Positions 1 through 7,841 of a DNA stretch of 64,000 nt are shown piece by piece. The translations under genes and the position numbers were made by a program. This stretch comes from Ignavibacteria bacterium (lineage in GTDB: Bacteria; Bacteroidota; Ignavibacteria; Tepidaquicellales; Tepidaquicellaceae): contig JBDHXH010000004.1 in assembly GCA_039810605.1 (NCBI GenBank), forward strand, positions 597 to 64,596, written 5' to 3'. Position 1 is the stretch's first letter; every line of letters begins with the position of its first letter. The notes below the pieces were generated by a model. The model saw nothing but the letters and a program-made list of their open reading frames with translations, was not told the origin of the DNA and ran no database searches.

Positions 1-656
1 TCCTTTGTTTCAATCGGAGGAGGACCAAGTCCGACTTTATATGCGTCCCACCAACTTCCTTTCCTTGCCGGAATCAATACGGAACTGTCTCCCCAGTGTT
101 TTAGGTCCGGCGAATATGAAATCCAAATGTGCGCTCCCAAGTGAAAGCTTGTTGGCGCAGGCCTGTGGAGCAACACCCATCTTCCGTTAAATTTCCTTGG
201 AAACAAAGATGCATCTTTGTCATCAGGCGGCATTGCAGCACCATGTCTTCTGTATGTAACAAAATCATCTGTGCTTGCAAGCGAAACCAAAGGACCTGTT
301 TCCGAATATGCAGTATATGCAATCGCATACTCGGGTTCACTTTGTCTTTCTTTTTCCAGCTTCACTATTCGCGGGTCTTCAATGCCGTAATATTCGGATG
401 GATATTCCGACGGCTTCGGTACTATTGTCGGAACTTTGTCAATCTCCCAGTCCGTGTATCCGTCTTTGCTTACTGCTTTACATATATGAGAAAATCCCTT
501 CATATCTTCTACTCTGACAAGCAGCAGTGTCTTTCCCTCAAAGAGTACGGAACCGGGATTGAAAACTGAATTGGCGGGATACGGCCACATGTCAGCCGTC
601 AATATTGGATTGCCTTCATATCTCTTGAACAAATCCTGTGCAAATGTTCTGCCCAT
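1..656 (-). CDS. GH130 family glycoside phosphorylase/glycosidase (beta-mannoside phosphorylase-like), partial; 3' end lies beyond the window start
   Basis: It is absent from the ORF track because it runs off the window. The reverse-strand ATG is at 656-654. The translation MGRTFAQDLFKRYEGNPILTADMWPYPANSVFNPGSVLFEGKTLLLVRVED...YYGIEDPRIVKL...DDKDASLFPRKFNGRWVLLHRP is a typical GH130 N-terminal region. The plus-strand ORFs here (5-190, 129-569, 275-517) are antisense shadows. Confidence 0.8.
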   Translation of the reverse strand, partial: MGRTFAQDLFKRYEGNPILTADMWPYPANSVFNPGSVLFEGKTLLLVRVEDMKGFSHICKAVSKDGYTDWEIDKVPTIVPKPSEYPSEYYGIEDPRIVKLEKERQSEPEYAIAYTAYSETGPLVSLASTDDFVTYRRHGAAMPPDDKDASLFPRKFNGRWVLLHRPAPTSFHLGAHIWISYSPDLKHWGDSSVLIPARKGSWWDAYKVGLGPPPIETK

Positions 657-698
657 GACATCACAAATTTAATTTTATAAAATCACTGAATTCTTAGA

Positions 699-758
699 AG
701 CAAAAAGGAAAGCCTGTCCGAAATTATTCCCCAGTAATTTACTACGCGGACAGGCTTT
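699..758 (-). terminator. Rho-independent terminator candidate after the small acidic-protein gene
   Basis: A 12-bp stem AAAGCCTGTCCG (709-720) pairs with CGGACAGGCTTT (747-758), with an inner AAATTA/TAATTT extension. On the minus strand it is followed by a U-rich run (complement of gcaaaaagga, 699-708). Confidence 0.5.
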
Positions 759-805
759 ATTGGATGGTGTTTGCGAAAACTTCTTTCAAAAACTCTTTTA
801 AAAAC

Positions 806-1135
806 TCATAGGGGAGCTCCAACATTTGATTTAGGTGATACCCGTTCGTCGGGATCATTTATCATCGGAGCTTGTGTCTCCGGATTTAATTTAGTGACTT
901 CAAATTCCGCTTGATCGCTCTCACCCTCTGTGAAAGTTTCTTCGTCATCCAAATTAATTTCTATGGTCTCGTTGAATATTTCTTTGAAAAACATTTGATC
1001 TGCTTCAAGGTCTCTCTCTGTTGTTAAGTTCAAACGATCTTCATCCTTTATCTCAAAATCTATGTAACTTGAGTCTTCTTTGTAACTCGTCTTTCCGTCT
1101 ATGATTTCAAGCACTTGTTTCTTTAGATTATTCAT
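806..1135 (-). CDS. Hypothetical small, highly acidic protein (109 aa)
   Basis: ATG-initiated ORF rich in Asp/Glu (DDEETFTEGESDQAEFE). It has no signal peptide or recognisable motif. It lies directly downstream of the sigma-54 activator gene and is preceded by a -24/-12-like element. Confidence 0.5.
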   Translation of the reverse strand: MNNLKKQVLEIIDGKTSYKEDSSYIDFEIKDEDRLNLTTERDLEADQMFFKEIFNETIEINLDDEETFTEGESDQAEFEVTKLNPETQAPMINDPDERVSPKSNVGAPL

Positions 1136-1171
1136 GTCAATACGATTTGTAGTAGCTTCTACTTAAGATAC

Positions 1172-1187
1172 TTCAATTAACATGCCA
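1172..1187 (-). promoter_or_regulatory. Candidate sigma-54 (-24/-12) promoter for the acidic-protein gene
   Basis: The minus strand reads TCTGGCATG-ttaa-TTGAA. Spacing matches the consensus TGGCACG-N4-TTGCW exactly. Deviations are TGGCAT for TGGCAC and TTGA for TTGC. The element ends 37 nt upstream of the ATG at 1135. Confidence 0.3.
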
Positions 1188-1294
1188 GAGATAATCAGTT
1201 GAAAAAGGGTAAGAAAATCACCTTTGTTTTGATTTGGGATTTAGAATTTGTCAATTGTGTCAGACAGAAAGACGGGAAAGACAAAATATCAATC

Positions 1295-2650
1295 TCATTT
1301 TAGACCGAGACTTTTTATCTTGCGGTAAAGGGTTCGTTCGTTCATATTCAAAAGTTTCGCAGCTTTGGATTTATTTCCTTCGCATTCTTCGAGCGCTTTC
1401 AGGATCAGTTCCCGCTCGACAGATTTTGTATATTCTCCCATTGAAATATTTTCGCCGTCAACCTTCGGTGGATTCTCAAACAATCCGGATATTTCATTCG
1501 GGACGGAAATTGAACTGATGACATTACCCTTCGTCATGAGAACTGCTCTTCGTATCACGTTTCTTAGTTCTCTTACATTTCCGGGCCATGTGTGATTCAT
1601 CAGCTTTTGTATTACTGCATCGGAAACTTCCGTTACGTTTTTGTTCAATTCTTCGTTGGCATCCTTAATGAAAAACTCTATGAATTGCTTTATGTCTTCC
1701 TTTCTTTCACGAAGCGGCGGCAGGTCAATGTGAAATTCGTTGAGCCTGTAATAAAGGTCTTGTCTGAACTTCCGCATGTTTACAGCTTCCGCAAGCCTTG
1801 TGTTTGTTGCAGCAAGTATTCTTACATCCAGATTAATTGGTTTTTTTCCTCCAAGCCTGGTTACTTTCCTTTCCTGAATCACTCTTAATAATTTAATCTG
1901 ATTTGCTTCCGACAAATTTGTAACTTCGTCCAGAAATATCGTTCCTCCTTCTGCAAGTTCAAATTTTCCTTCCTTGCTTGTCCGTGCATCAGTAAATGCT
2001 CCCTTTTCATGTCCAAACAATTCACTCTCTATCAGATTTTCGGGAATTGCTCCGCAGTCAACCGCCACAAATGGCTTGTCTTTTCTCGTGCTTAGCTTAT
2101 GAATTAATCCTGCCATGACTTCCTTGCCGGTTCCGCTCTCTCCCTGTATGAGTACACTCAAACCTGTAGGAGCAACAATTTTTATCTGCTCGAATACATC
2201 CTTCATCACACGGCTTTTAATTATGACTTCACCTGTGTAAAATGTTGATTCTACTTTCTTGCGGAGTATGCTGACTTCCTGATTCAAATAGTTTATCTCA
2301 AGTGTTTTTTTAATCGTGAGGATCATTGAGTTATTGTCAAATGGCTTTGTTATGAAATCCTGTGCTCCGCATTTCATCGCTTCGACGGCGGTTCTCACGT
2401 CTCCGAATGCCGTTATCATTATTACGGGAATGTCTTTGTTTATGTCTCGAATCCTTTTAAGAATTTCCAAACCGTTCATGCCGGGAAGTTTCATATCGAG
2501 GATGGCAAGGTCATAAGAATTATTTTTTAATTCATTTAGCGCGGAAGGACCGTCATCTGCTGTCTTACATTCAAAGCCTGACTCTCCTAAGAGTTCCGAC
2601 AAAGCATATCGCAGAGTTTCATTGTCGTCAATTACCAGAATTTTTTCCAT
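1295..2650 (-). CDS. Sigma-54-dependent response regulator (NtrC family: REC + AAA+ sigma-54 interaction domain + Fis-type HTH)
   Basis: N-terminal receiver domain (ILVIDDNE...DLAILDMKLPGMNG). Walker A motif GESGTGKE. GAFTGA-type loop as GAFTDA. C-terminal HTH (KAAKLLNMNERTLYRKIK). Its start abuts the kinase stop (2650/2651). Confidence 0.92.
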   Translation of the reverse strand: MEKILVIDDNETLRYALSELLGESGFECKTADDGPSALNELKNNSYDLAILDMKLPGMNGLEILKRIRDINKDIPVIMITAFGDVRTAVEAMKCGAQDFITKPFDNNSMILTIKKTLEINYLNQEVSILRKKVESTFYTGEVIIKSRVMKDVFEQIKIVAPTGLSVLIQGESGTGKEVMAGLIHKLSTRKDKPFVAVDCGAIPENLIESELFGHEKGAFTDARTSKEGKFELAEGGTIFLDEVTNLSEANQIKLLRVIQERKVTRLGGKKPINLDVRILAATNTRLAEAVNMRKFRQDLYYRLNEFHIDLPPLRERKEDIKQFIEFFIKDANEELNKNVTEVSDAVIQKLMNHTWPGNVRELRNVIRRAVLMTKGNVISSISVPNEISGLFENPPKVDGENISMGEYTKSVERELILKALEECEGNKSKAAKLLNMNERTLYRKIKSLGLK

Positions 2651-5600
2651 TTAATTATTTTCGTTGATTGGCAATATAATTTTAATTCGTGTTCCTTCTC
2701 CTGTTATGCTCTCGATATCCAGCGTGCCTGAATGCGCCCTTATTGTATTGTGAGCAAGTCCCATTCCTAATCCGACACCCTCTGGTTTCGTTGTAAAAAA
2801 TGGTTCAAGTATTTTGTCAAAGTTTTCAGAAGGAATTCCCTCTCCTGTATCATTTATATCAATTTCCATACTCCCTTCATTATTTACGAAGGCGGAAATT
2901 GTAAGAGTACCCCCTGCCGACATCGCATCTATTGCATTCGATATAAAATTCATCAGAGCATTTTCCAGACGAAGCTTGTCAATTTTTAATTCCGGCAAAT
3001 CATTCTGAATATTTTTCACAATTGTAATTTGTTTTTGCTTGCATCTTGCTTCAATGCTTTCAATTACCACCTCGAGCATGTTCCTGATGCCGGTAGTTTT
3101 CAAAATCAGATCTTCCGGAGAAACAAAGCTTAGAAGATTCTTTATGATCTGATTTGCAATATCTGAATTCGCAAGAACATATTTCAGACGTTTTCTGTTT
3201 TTTTCATCAAGCTCCGTGTTCAAAACCAGTTGAGCAAGGCTGCTGATGTTTGCAAGTGGATTTCTTATTTCATGCGCAATCCCTGATGAGAATCTTCCCA
3301 GCGCGGCAAGTTTCTCGTTATTGATAAGTTCTTTCTGTGTCTGAATAAGTTTCTTGTTCGTGCTGCGAAGTTCTTCCTCCACTGATTTGATGTCAGTAAC
3401 GTCAATTGAAACTCCGGAGATTCTCTCAATATGATTTGTTTTGTCAAAGACAATATTGCTCATCAGTCTTATGAATTTTATTCCGGCATCCTTTGTAAAT
3501 ATCCGGAAGATAACATCTGATGGTTTCTTCTCTTTCAGCATTTTGCGTGTGCTTTCCCTCACAAAATTCCTGTCATCAGGATGCACGATCTCGAGAAATG
3601 TTTCCTGTGAAAGTGGTTTGCCATTTTTTTCAATTCCAAAAATTGAATAAAGTTCATCAGACCATTCGAGAATATTGCTGCTTAAATCCCAGTCCCAACT
3701 TCCGAGTTTCGCAATGTGCTGCGCCTCGCGGAGTTTGGCTTCGCTTAGCCGAAGATCATCTTCTGCCTTCCTTATGTCGGTAATATCCTGCCCGGTGCCG
3801 AACATCCTGACAACGTCCCCTCTGTCATCGAGGTAAACCTTCCCCATTGCCTTAATTGTTTTGACCTGTCCTGATGTAGTTATTATCCTGTGGATATAAT
3901 CAAATCGTTTCTTTTCAATGAAAGCGTTTTCTATGATTTTCTTCACTCTTTGTCTATCATCAGGATGAACTCTTTCAAGGAAATTTTCAAGCGATGGTTT
4001 GAATTCTGTTGCATTCACTTCATAAATGATAAACAATTCATCAGTCCACGAGACCACATTTTTCCTGACATCATAATCCCAGCTTCCAAGCTTGCCTATG
4101 TGTTGCGCCTCCTGAAGATTTCCTTCGTTTTCCTTCAGCCTGTCTATGGTATCCATTTTTTCCATCAGACTTCCCAATTCAATTCCGATGTTTGAAACGC
4201 ATTCGAGAATTTCATTGTCGGGTGCATCCTCTGTATCTTTGAAAAATTCAAGAATACCTGCGACTTTGTTTTCTTTTATGATTGGAATCCAGATTCCTGT
4301 CTTCAAGCCGGATTGCATAAATATTTCAGAGCGCTTGTATGCTTTTCTATTCTCTATATTACTTATGTTAAGCCATGATGCTTTCCCCGTAACCAGGATA
4401 TTACCCGGCACACCCTCTCCTTTTGAGAAAGTAATGTCTTTTGTAAACTTAATGAAGTCTGTGTATTTGGAAGAGATGGTATGGTTTGATATCCCTGCAG
4501 AATAAATCATGTCGCCCTTCCTCAAAAAACAATGTCCCATGTTCCAGTTTGTATATTTGCAAATTTTGTCAATGGAATATTGAATTGATTTATGAATATC
4601 AAAACTCTGGTTTGTATAGTGAATTACTTCATTAAGAAGATTCAAAAGAAAATTTCTCTTCGTAATTAATTCTTCCGCACGCTTGAGCTCGCTGATGTCC
4701 TGACAGATTCCCACTATCGCCTGAACTTTGTCTTCTTCGTCAAGAATAGTTGACGTCGAAAGAAAGGTATGAACTTCATTTCCTCCTGAATCGCTTGCTG
4801 CAAACTCTCCTTTCCAGCCGCCTTTCATCGTCTTGTTTGCGATGTCTGTCTTGAGTTCGAGCAATATTTTCCCTTCATCAAACAGGGGAATGTTCTTTCC
4901 CATGATTTCATCGGAAGCAAATCCGAACGTCTTTTCAAAAGCTTCATTCACAAACAAAACATTGTCATTAAGATCGGTAATATAGACGCACTCGTTTATG
5001 CTTCTTATTGCATGAGCAAATAATTTGATTCTATTTTGTGCAGTTTCTTTTTCCTTTGCCTCCTTGAGGAGGTTGTTAAGCGCGTTTGCAAGGTCGGCAG
5101 TTCTATCAATAACTTTTTGTTCCATTTCCTGATATGAGTTCTGCAGCTTTTCTTCGGCAGACTTTCTTTCCATGAAATTTCCGATTTGCCTTCCGGCTGA
5201 TTCGAGAACTTCTACCAATTCAGGTTCCTGTTTGAGTTTCTCTTCATTGAGACATTCTACGATTGCAATGATTTTATTTTCTGTTAGTATGGGAATTGCA
5301 AGTGCAGAATTCCAGCCGTTAGATATGAGTTCTTCCTTGCGTATAAATCTTTCGTCATTTAGTATGTCGCTTACCCATACTGATTTCTTATTCTTCAATA
5401 CTATTCCAGGCAGTCCTGCCTCTTTTGGAAATTCGCTAAACCTCTTGAGAAAAACCGATTCCTGATTTATGTCCATGCCTTCATTTATCCACACAGACTC
5501 AACCGGAAGATGTTCGTTATCATCAGTCAGCGACCACAGCACTCCGAAGCCCCAGTCAATCCCTTTACAAATTTCTTCAAGCGCTCTTCCAATACCTTCG

Positions 5601-6832
5601 GCTTTTGTCTTTGCATCAGCAAGAATTCTTGAAACATTAAACTGCAACCTCAAGTATCTTTCATTTTTCTGAAGCTTGTCTATGTCAATGCATGAACCTA
5701 TATAACCTGCAAAGTTATCTCCGTCAAATCGCGGTATTCCCCTTTCAAAAATCCACCTGTATTCACCGTCAGCAGCTCTTAGCCTGTAATTCAATTCATA
5801 AGGTTGTCTCTTATCGAATGAAGTTTCATAAACCCTTAAACATTCTCCAAAGTCTTTCGGATGAATACATTCATTCCAGCGTTTCCCGATTTCCTGTTCA
5901 AACGTTCTTCCCGTGAAATCAAGCCAGCCTTTATTAATGTAAGTGCACATCTTGTCTTTTCCGGAAACCCAGATCATAACAGGAGCGGAATCTGCCAGGC
6001 TCCTGAATCTTGATTCACTTTCACGCAGAACGCTTTCGGCTTTTTCCCTGATCGCAATTTCTTCCAAAAGTTTATCGTTCGCATTCTTGAGTTCAATTGT
6101 TCTTGCCTCAACTTTGTCCTCGAGTCCCTGATAAGACTTAACCAGCATTTTTTGAACTTCGGACTTGTGCCTGATTAATCCGTTTGATATCAAAAGCGAT
6201 AGACCAATTACAAGAAACGAGAACAAGCTCAATATAATTATGATAAGCTGTACATCATTGTTGGACTTTGTGGCATCTATCCTGTTCGAATCAAGTATTC
6301 TTCTTTCATCAAGGACAATCGCATCCGACAATCGCTTTATGTTTGAAATCTTGATTCGCATTTTCACTGTGTGCTCCTCTTCGAGGATCTTTAACTGCTC
6401 CTTGTCATTGAAGTTTTTCTTGCTCAACTCTACGATGCCATTCAGATCTACAACATTTGCTTTTATGCTGTCTATTGTTTCCCTGTGTCCCGGATTGTCT
6501 GCAACTGTTGTAGTTAAAAGACTAATCACGGAATCCACTACTGCTTTTTGCTTGTCTATTTCTCCCGCAATATTTTGATCACCGCTTAGCACCAACCCCC
6601 TTCGAAGATAAAGCCAGTAATTAATTTCAACCTGCAACCTTTCACTTTCGCCGATGATCTTGTAACCGTATTCAATAGAACTCATTTCCTTTTGATAGTT
6701 TCCGATAGTGCGATAAGTGATGATGCTCATTACAAGCGTGCATACCATGAAAATGAAAAAAGCCGCCGGAATAAAATTTTCCAGCGGGAGTTTTCTTTCC
6801 AGAGTATTAAGATTGACTTTCACTTTTTTCAA
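2651..6832 (-). CDS. Large multi-sensor histidine kinase (N-terminal CHASE3-like periplasmic domain, TM, several PAS and two GAF domains, HisKA + HATPase_c)
   Basis: 1393 aa. Repeated PAS-like segments (YRWIFERG..., HPDDR... three times). GAF-like blocks. H-box SSGIAHEIRNPL. N/G boxes (NAIDAM..., DTGEGI..., GLGMGLA). TTG start at 6832 (alternative GTG at 6823). Confidence 0.9.
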   Translation of the reverse strand: MKKVKVNLNTLERKLPLENFIPAAFFIFMVCTLVMSIITYRTIGNYQKEMSSIEYGYKIIGESERLQVEINYWLYLRRGLVLSGDQNIAGEIDKQKAVVDSVISLLTTTVADNPGHRETIDSIKANVVDLNGIVELSKKNFNDKEQLKILEEEHTVKMRIKISNIKRLSDAIVLDERRILDSNRIDATKSNNDVQLIIIILSLFSFLVIGLSLLISNGLIRHKSEVQKMLVKSYQGLEDKVEARTIELKNANDKLLEEIAIREKAESVLRESESRFRSLADSAPVMIWVSGKDKMCTYINKGWLDFTGRTFEQEIGKRWNECIHPKDFGECLRVYETSFDKRQPYELNYRLRAADGEYRWIFERGIPRFDGDNFAGYIGSCIDIDKLQKNERYLRLQFNVSRILADAKTKAEGIGRALEEICKGIDWGFGVLWSLTDDNEHLPVESVWINEGMDINQESVFLKRFSEFPKEAGLPGIVLKNKKSVWVSDILNDERFIRKEELISNGWNSALAIPILTENKIIAIVECLNEEKLKQEPELVEVLESAGRQIGNFMERKSAEEKLQNSYQEMEQKVIDRTADLANALNNLLKEAKEKETAQNRIKLFAHAIRSINECVYITDLNDNVLFVNEAFEKTFGFASDEIMGKNIPLFDEGKILLELKTDIANKTMKGGWKGEFAASDSGGNEVHTFLSTSTILDEEDKVQAIVGICQDISELKRAEELITKRNFLLNLLNEVIHYTNQSFDIHKSIQYSIDKICKYTNWNMGHCFLRKGDMIYSAGISNHTISSKYTDFIKFTKDITFSKGEGVPGNILVTGKASWLNISNIENRKAYKRSEIFMQSGLKTGIWIPIIKENKVAGILEFFKDTEDAPDNEILECVSNIGIELGSLMEKMDTIDRLKENEGNLQEAQHIGKLGSWDYDVRKNVVSWTDELFIIYEVNATEFKPSLENFLERVHPDDRQRVKKIIENAFIEKKRFDYIHRIITTSGQVKTIKAMGKVYLDDRGDVVRMFGTGQDITDIRKAEDDLRLSEAKLREAQHIAKLGSWDWDLSSNILEWSDELYSIFGIEKNGKPLSQETFLEIVHPDDRNFVRESTRKMLKEKKPSDVIFRIFTKDAGIKFIRLMSNIVFDKTNHIERISGVSIDVTDIKSVEEELRSTNKKLIQTQKELINNEKLAALGRFSSGIAHEIRNPLANISSLAQLVLNTELDEKNRKRLKYVLANSDIANQIIKNLLSFVSPEDLILKTTGIRNMLEVVIESIEARCKQKQITIVKNIQNDLPELKIDKLRLENALMNFISNAIDAMSAGGTLTISAFVNNEGSMEIDINDTGEGIPSENFDKILEPFFTTKPEGVGLGMGLAHNTIRAHSGTLDIESITGEGTRIKIILPINENN

Positions 6833-6848
6833 TGTCGCATTCTTTTTT

Positions 6849-6896
6849 GAACAAAGTTATGAACAAAGTTATAAACAAAGTTATGAGCAAAGTGCA
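6849..6896. repeat. 12-bp tandem repeat, about 3.7 copies (GAACAAAGTTAT x2, AAACAAAGTTAT, GAGCAAAGTGCA)
   Basis: Direct reading of the sequence. On the minus strand each full unit reads ATAACTTTGTTC and contains a perfect TAnnTTTG box (TAACTTTG). The array lies 17-65 nt upstream of the kinase start codon. Confidence 0.85.
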
Positions 6897-7080
6897 GGCA
6901 GGAATTTCGTAAAGATGTCAAATTCAATTTATGAACCCGAAATTCAAACATCATAAATTTAGCCATTTTTTGTATAAGTCATAACTCAATAACGACAGTT
7001 TTATCAAAAAAGTCATTTCTGTCACAACTTACGCTGACTAATTATTTGAAAATTTGGCTGCAGCAATTCAATATTAACTC

Positions 7081-7097
7081 TGGCACGGTTTTTTGAT
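7081..7097 (+). promoter_or_regulatory. Weak sigma-54 (-24/-12)-like element upstream of the single-domain response regulator
   Basis: The sequence reads CTCTGGCACG-gtttt-TTGAT. It has a perfect TGGCACG -24 box, but the -12 box is TTGA and the spacer is 1 nt too long. It lies about 30 nt upstream of the ATG at 7127. Confidence 0.22.
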
Positions 7098-7126
7098 ATT
7101 CAAAATAAGATTACAAAAATAGATGC

Positions 7127-7528
7127 ATGAAAATGTTAACTGCCGCTTTGAATGTACTCATAGTCGAAGATGACAGATATATGAATGAAATGCTTGGAGA
7201 ATTATTATCAGACAAGGGTTTCGACGTCGAAAGTTCATTTGATGGAAACGATGCCATTGACACAATCAGCAACAGCAAGAAAAAATTTGGTCTGGTAATT
7301 CTTGATTACAATCTAAAAACCTTGCAGCGAAGCAACGGCATTGATGTATTCGAAGCGGCAAAGAAATTGAACCCCGATTTGAAAGCCATTATGATTTCCG
7401 GTTATGGGAATAACATAATAAAGAACAAAGCAGCCAGCAAAGGGATTGATGTTTACATGGATAAACCCTTCCTGATAAATGACTTTCTTTCTGAAGTAGG
7501 AAGACTAACAGACAATAAATATAATTAA
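7127..7528 (+). CDS. Single-domain response regulator (CheY-like receiver)
   Basis: 133 aa with VLIVEDD, the phospho-acceptor context LVILDYNL, and a KPF motif near the C-terminus. There is no output domain. Confidence 0.85.
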   Translation: MKMLTAALNVLIVEDDRYMNEMLGELLSDKGFDVESSFDGNDAIDTISNSKKKFGLVILDYNLKTLQRSNGIDVFEAAKKLNPDLKAIMISGYGNNIIKNKAASKGIDVYMDKPFLINDFLSEVGRLTDNKYN

Positions 7529-7530
7529 GA

Positions 7531-7683
7531 ATGCTCTGGGGTATTTTTGTAATTCTGATATTGATTTGGTTGATTGGAATCGTATCTTCAAATACATTCG
7601 GCGGGCTTATACATGTACTGCTTATCCTTGCAATCTTAGTGATCATAGTAAGACTTATTCGGAGGAGAAATCCGACTGGATGA
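7531..7683 (+). CDS. lmo0937-family small membrane protein (50 aa), below the ORF-track length cutoff
   Basis: ATG at 7531, 2 nt after the regulator stop. Translation: MLWGIFVILILIWLIGIVSSNTFGGLIHVLLILAILVIIVRLIRRRNPTG. It has two hydrophobic helices, a GG(L/F)IH motif and a basic tail, as in this family. Stop TGA at 7681-7683. Confidence 0.65.
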   Translation: MLWGIFVILILIWLIGIVSSNTFGGLIHVLLILAILVIIVRLIRRRNPTG

Positions 7684-7841
7684 CTCTTATGACTTAAGTT
7701 TCATTCACTGAATCAGGTTCATACTTGAATTTCATTCCCTTAATCTCTCGCATTGTCCGTCCTGACTACTCTCGTTTACAATTCGAATTTTTTTTATTCT
7801 GTAAAAAAGGTTTTTGAATGAGTAATTTATGAAAAATTTAG

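Noticed and set aside
129-569. Long ORFs antisense to or overlapping clear genes (129-569, 6165-6578, 16271-16702, 22279-22743, 44300-44785, 47378-47812 and many shorter ones in the track).
   Set aside because: Each lies entirely inside a confidently identified gene on the other strand or in another frame. Their low-complexity or odd composition shows no recognisable motif. They are typical shadow ORFs.
7704-7716. An exact 13-mer TTCACTGAATCAG shared with 31994-32006, both intergenic.
   Set aside because: Tens of 13-nt exact matches are expected by chance within a 64-kb AT-rich window counting both strands. There is no extended similarity around either copy.
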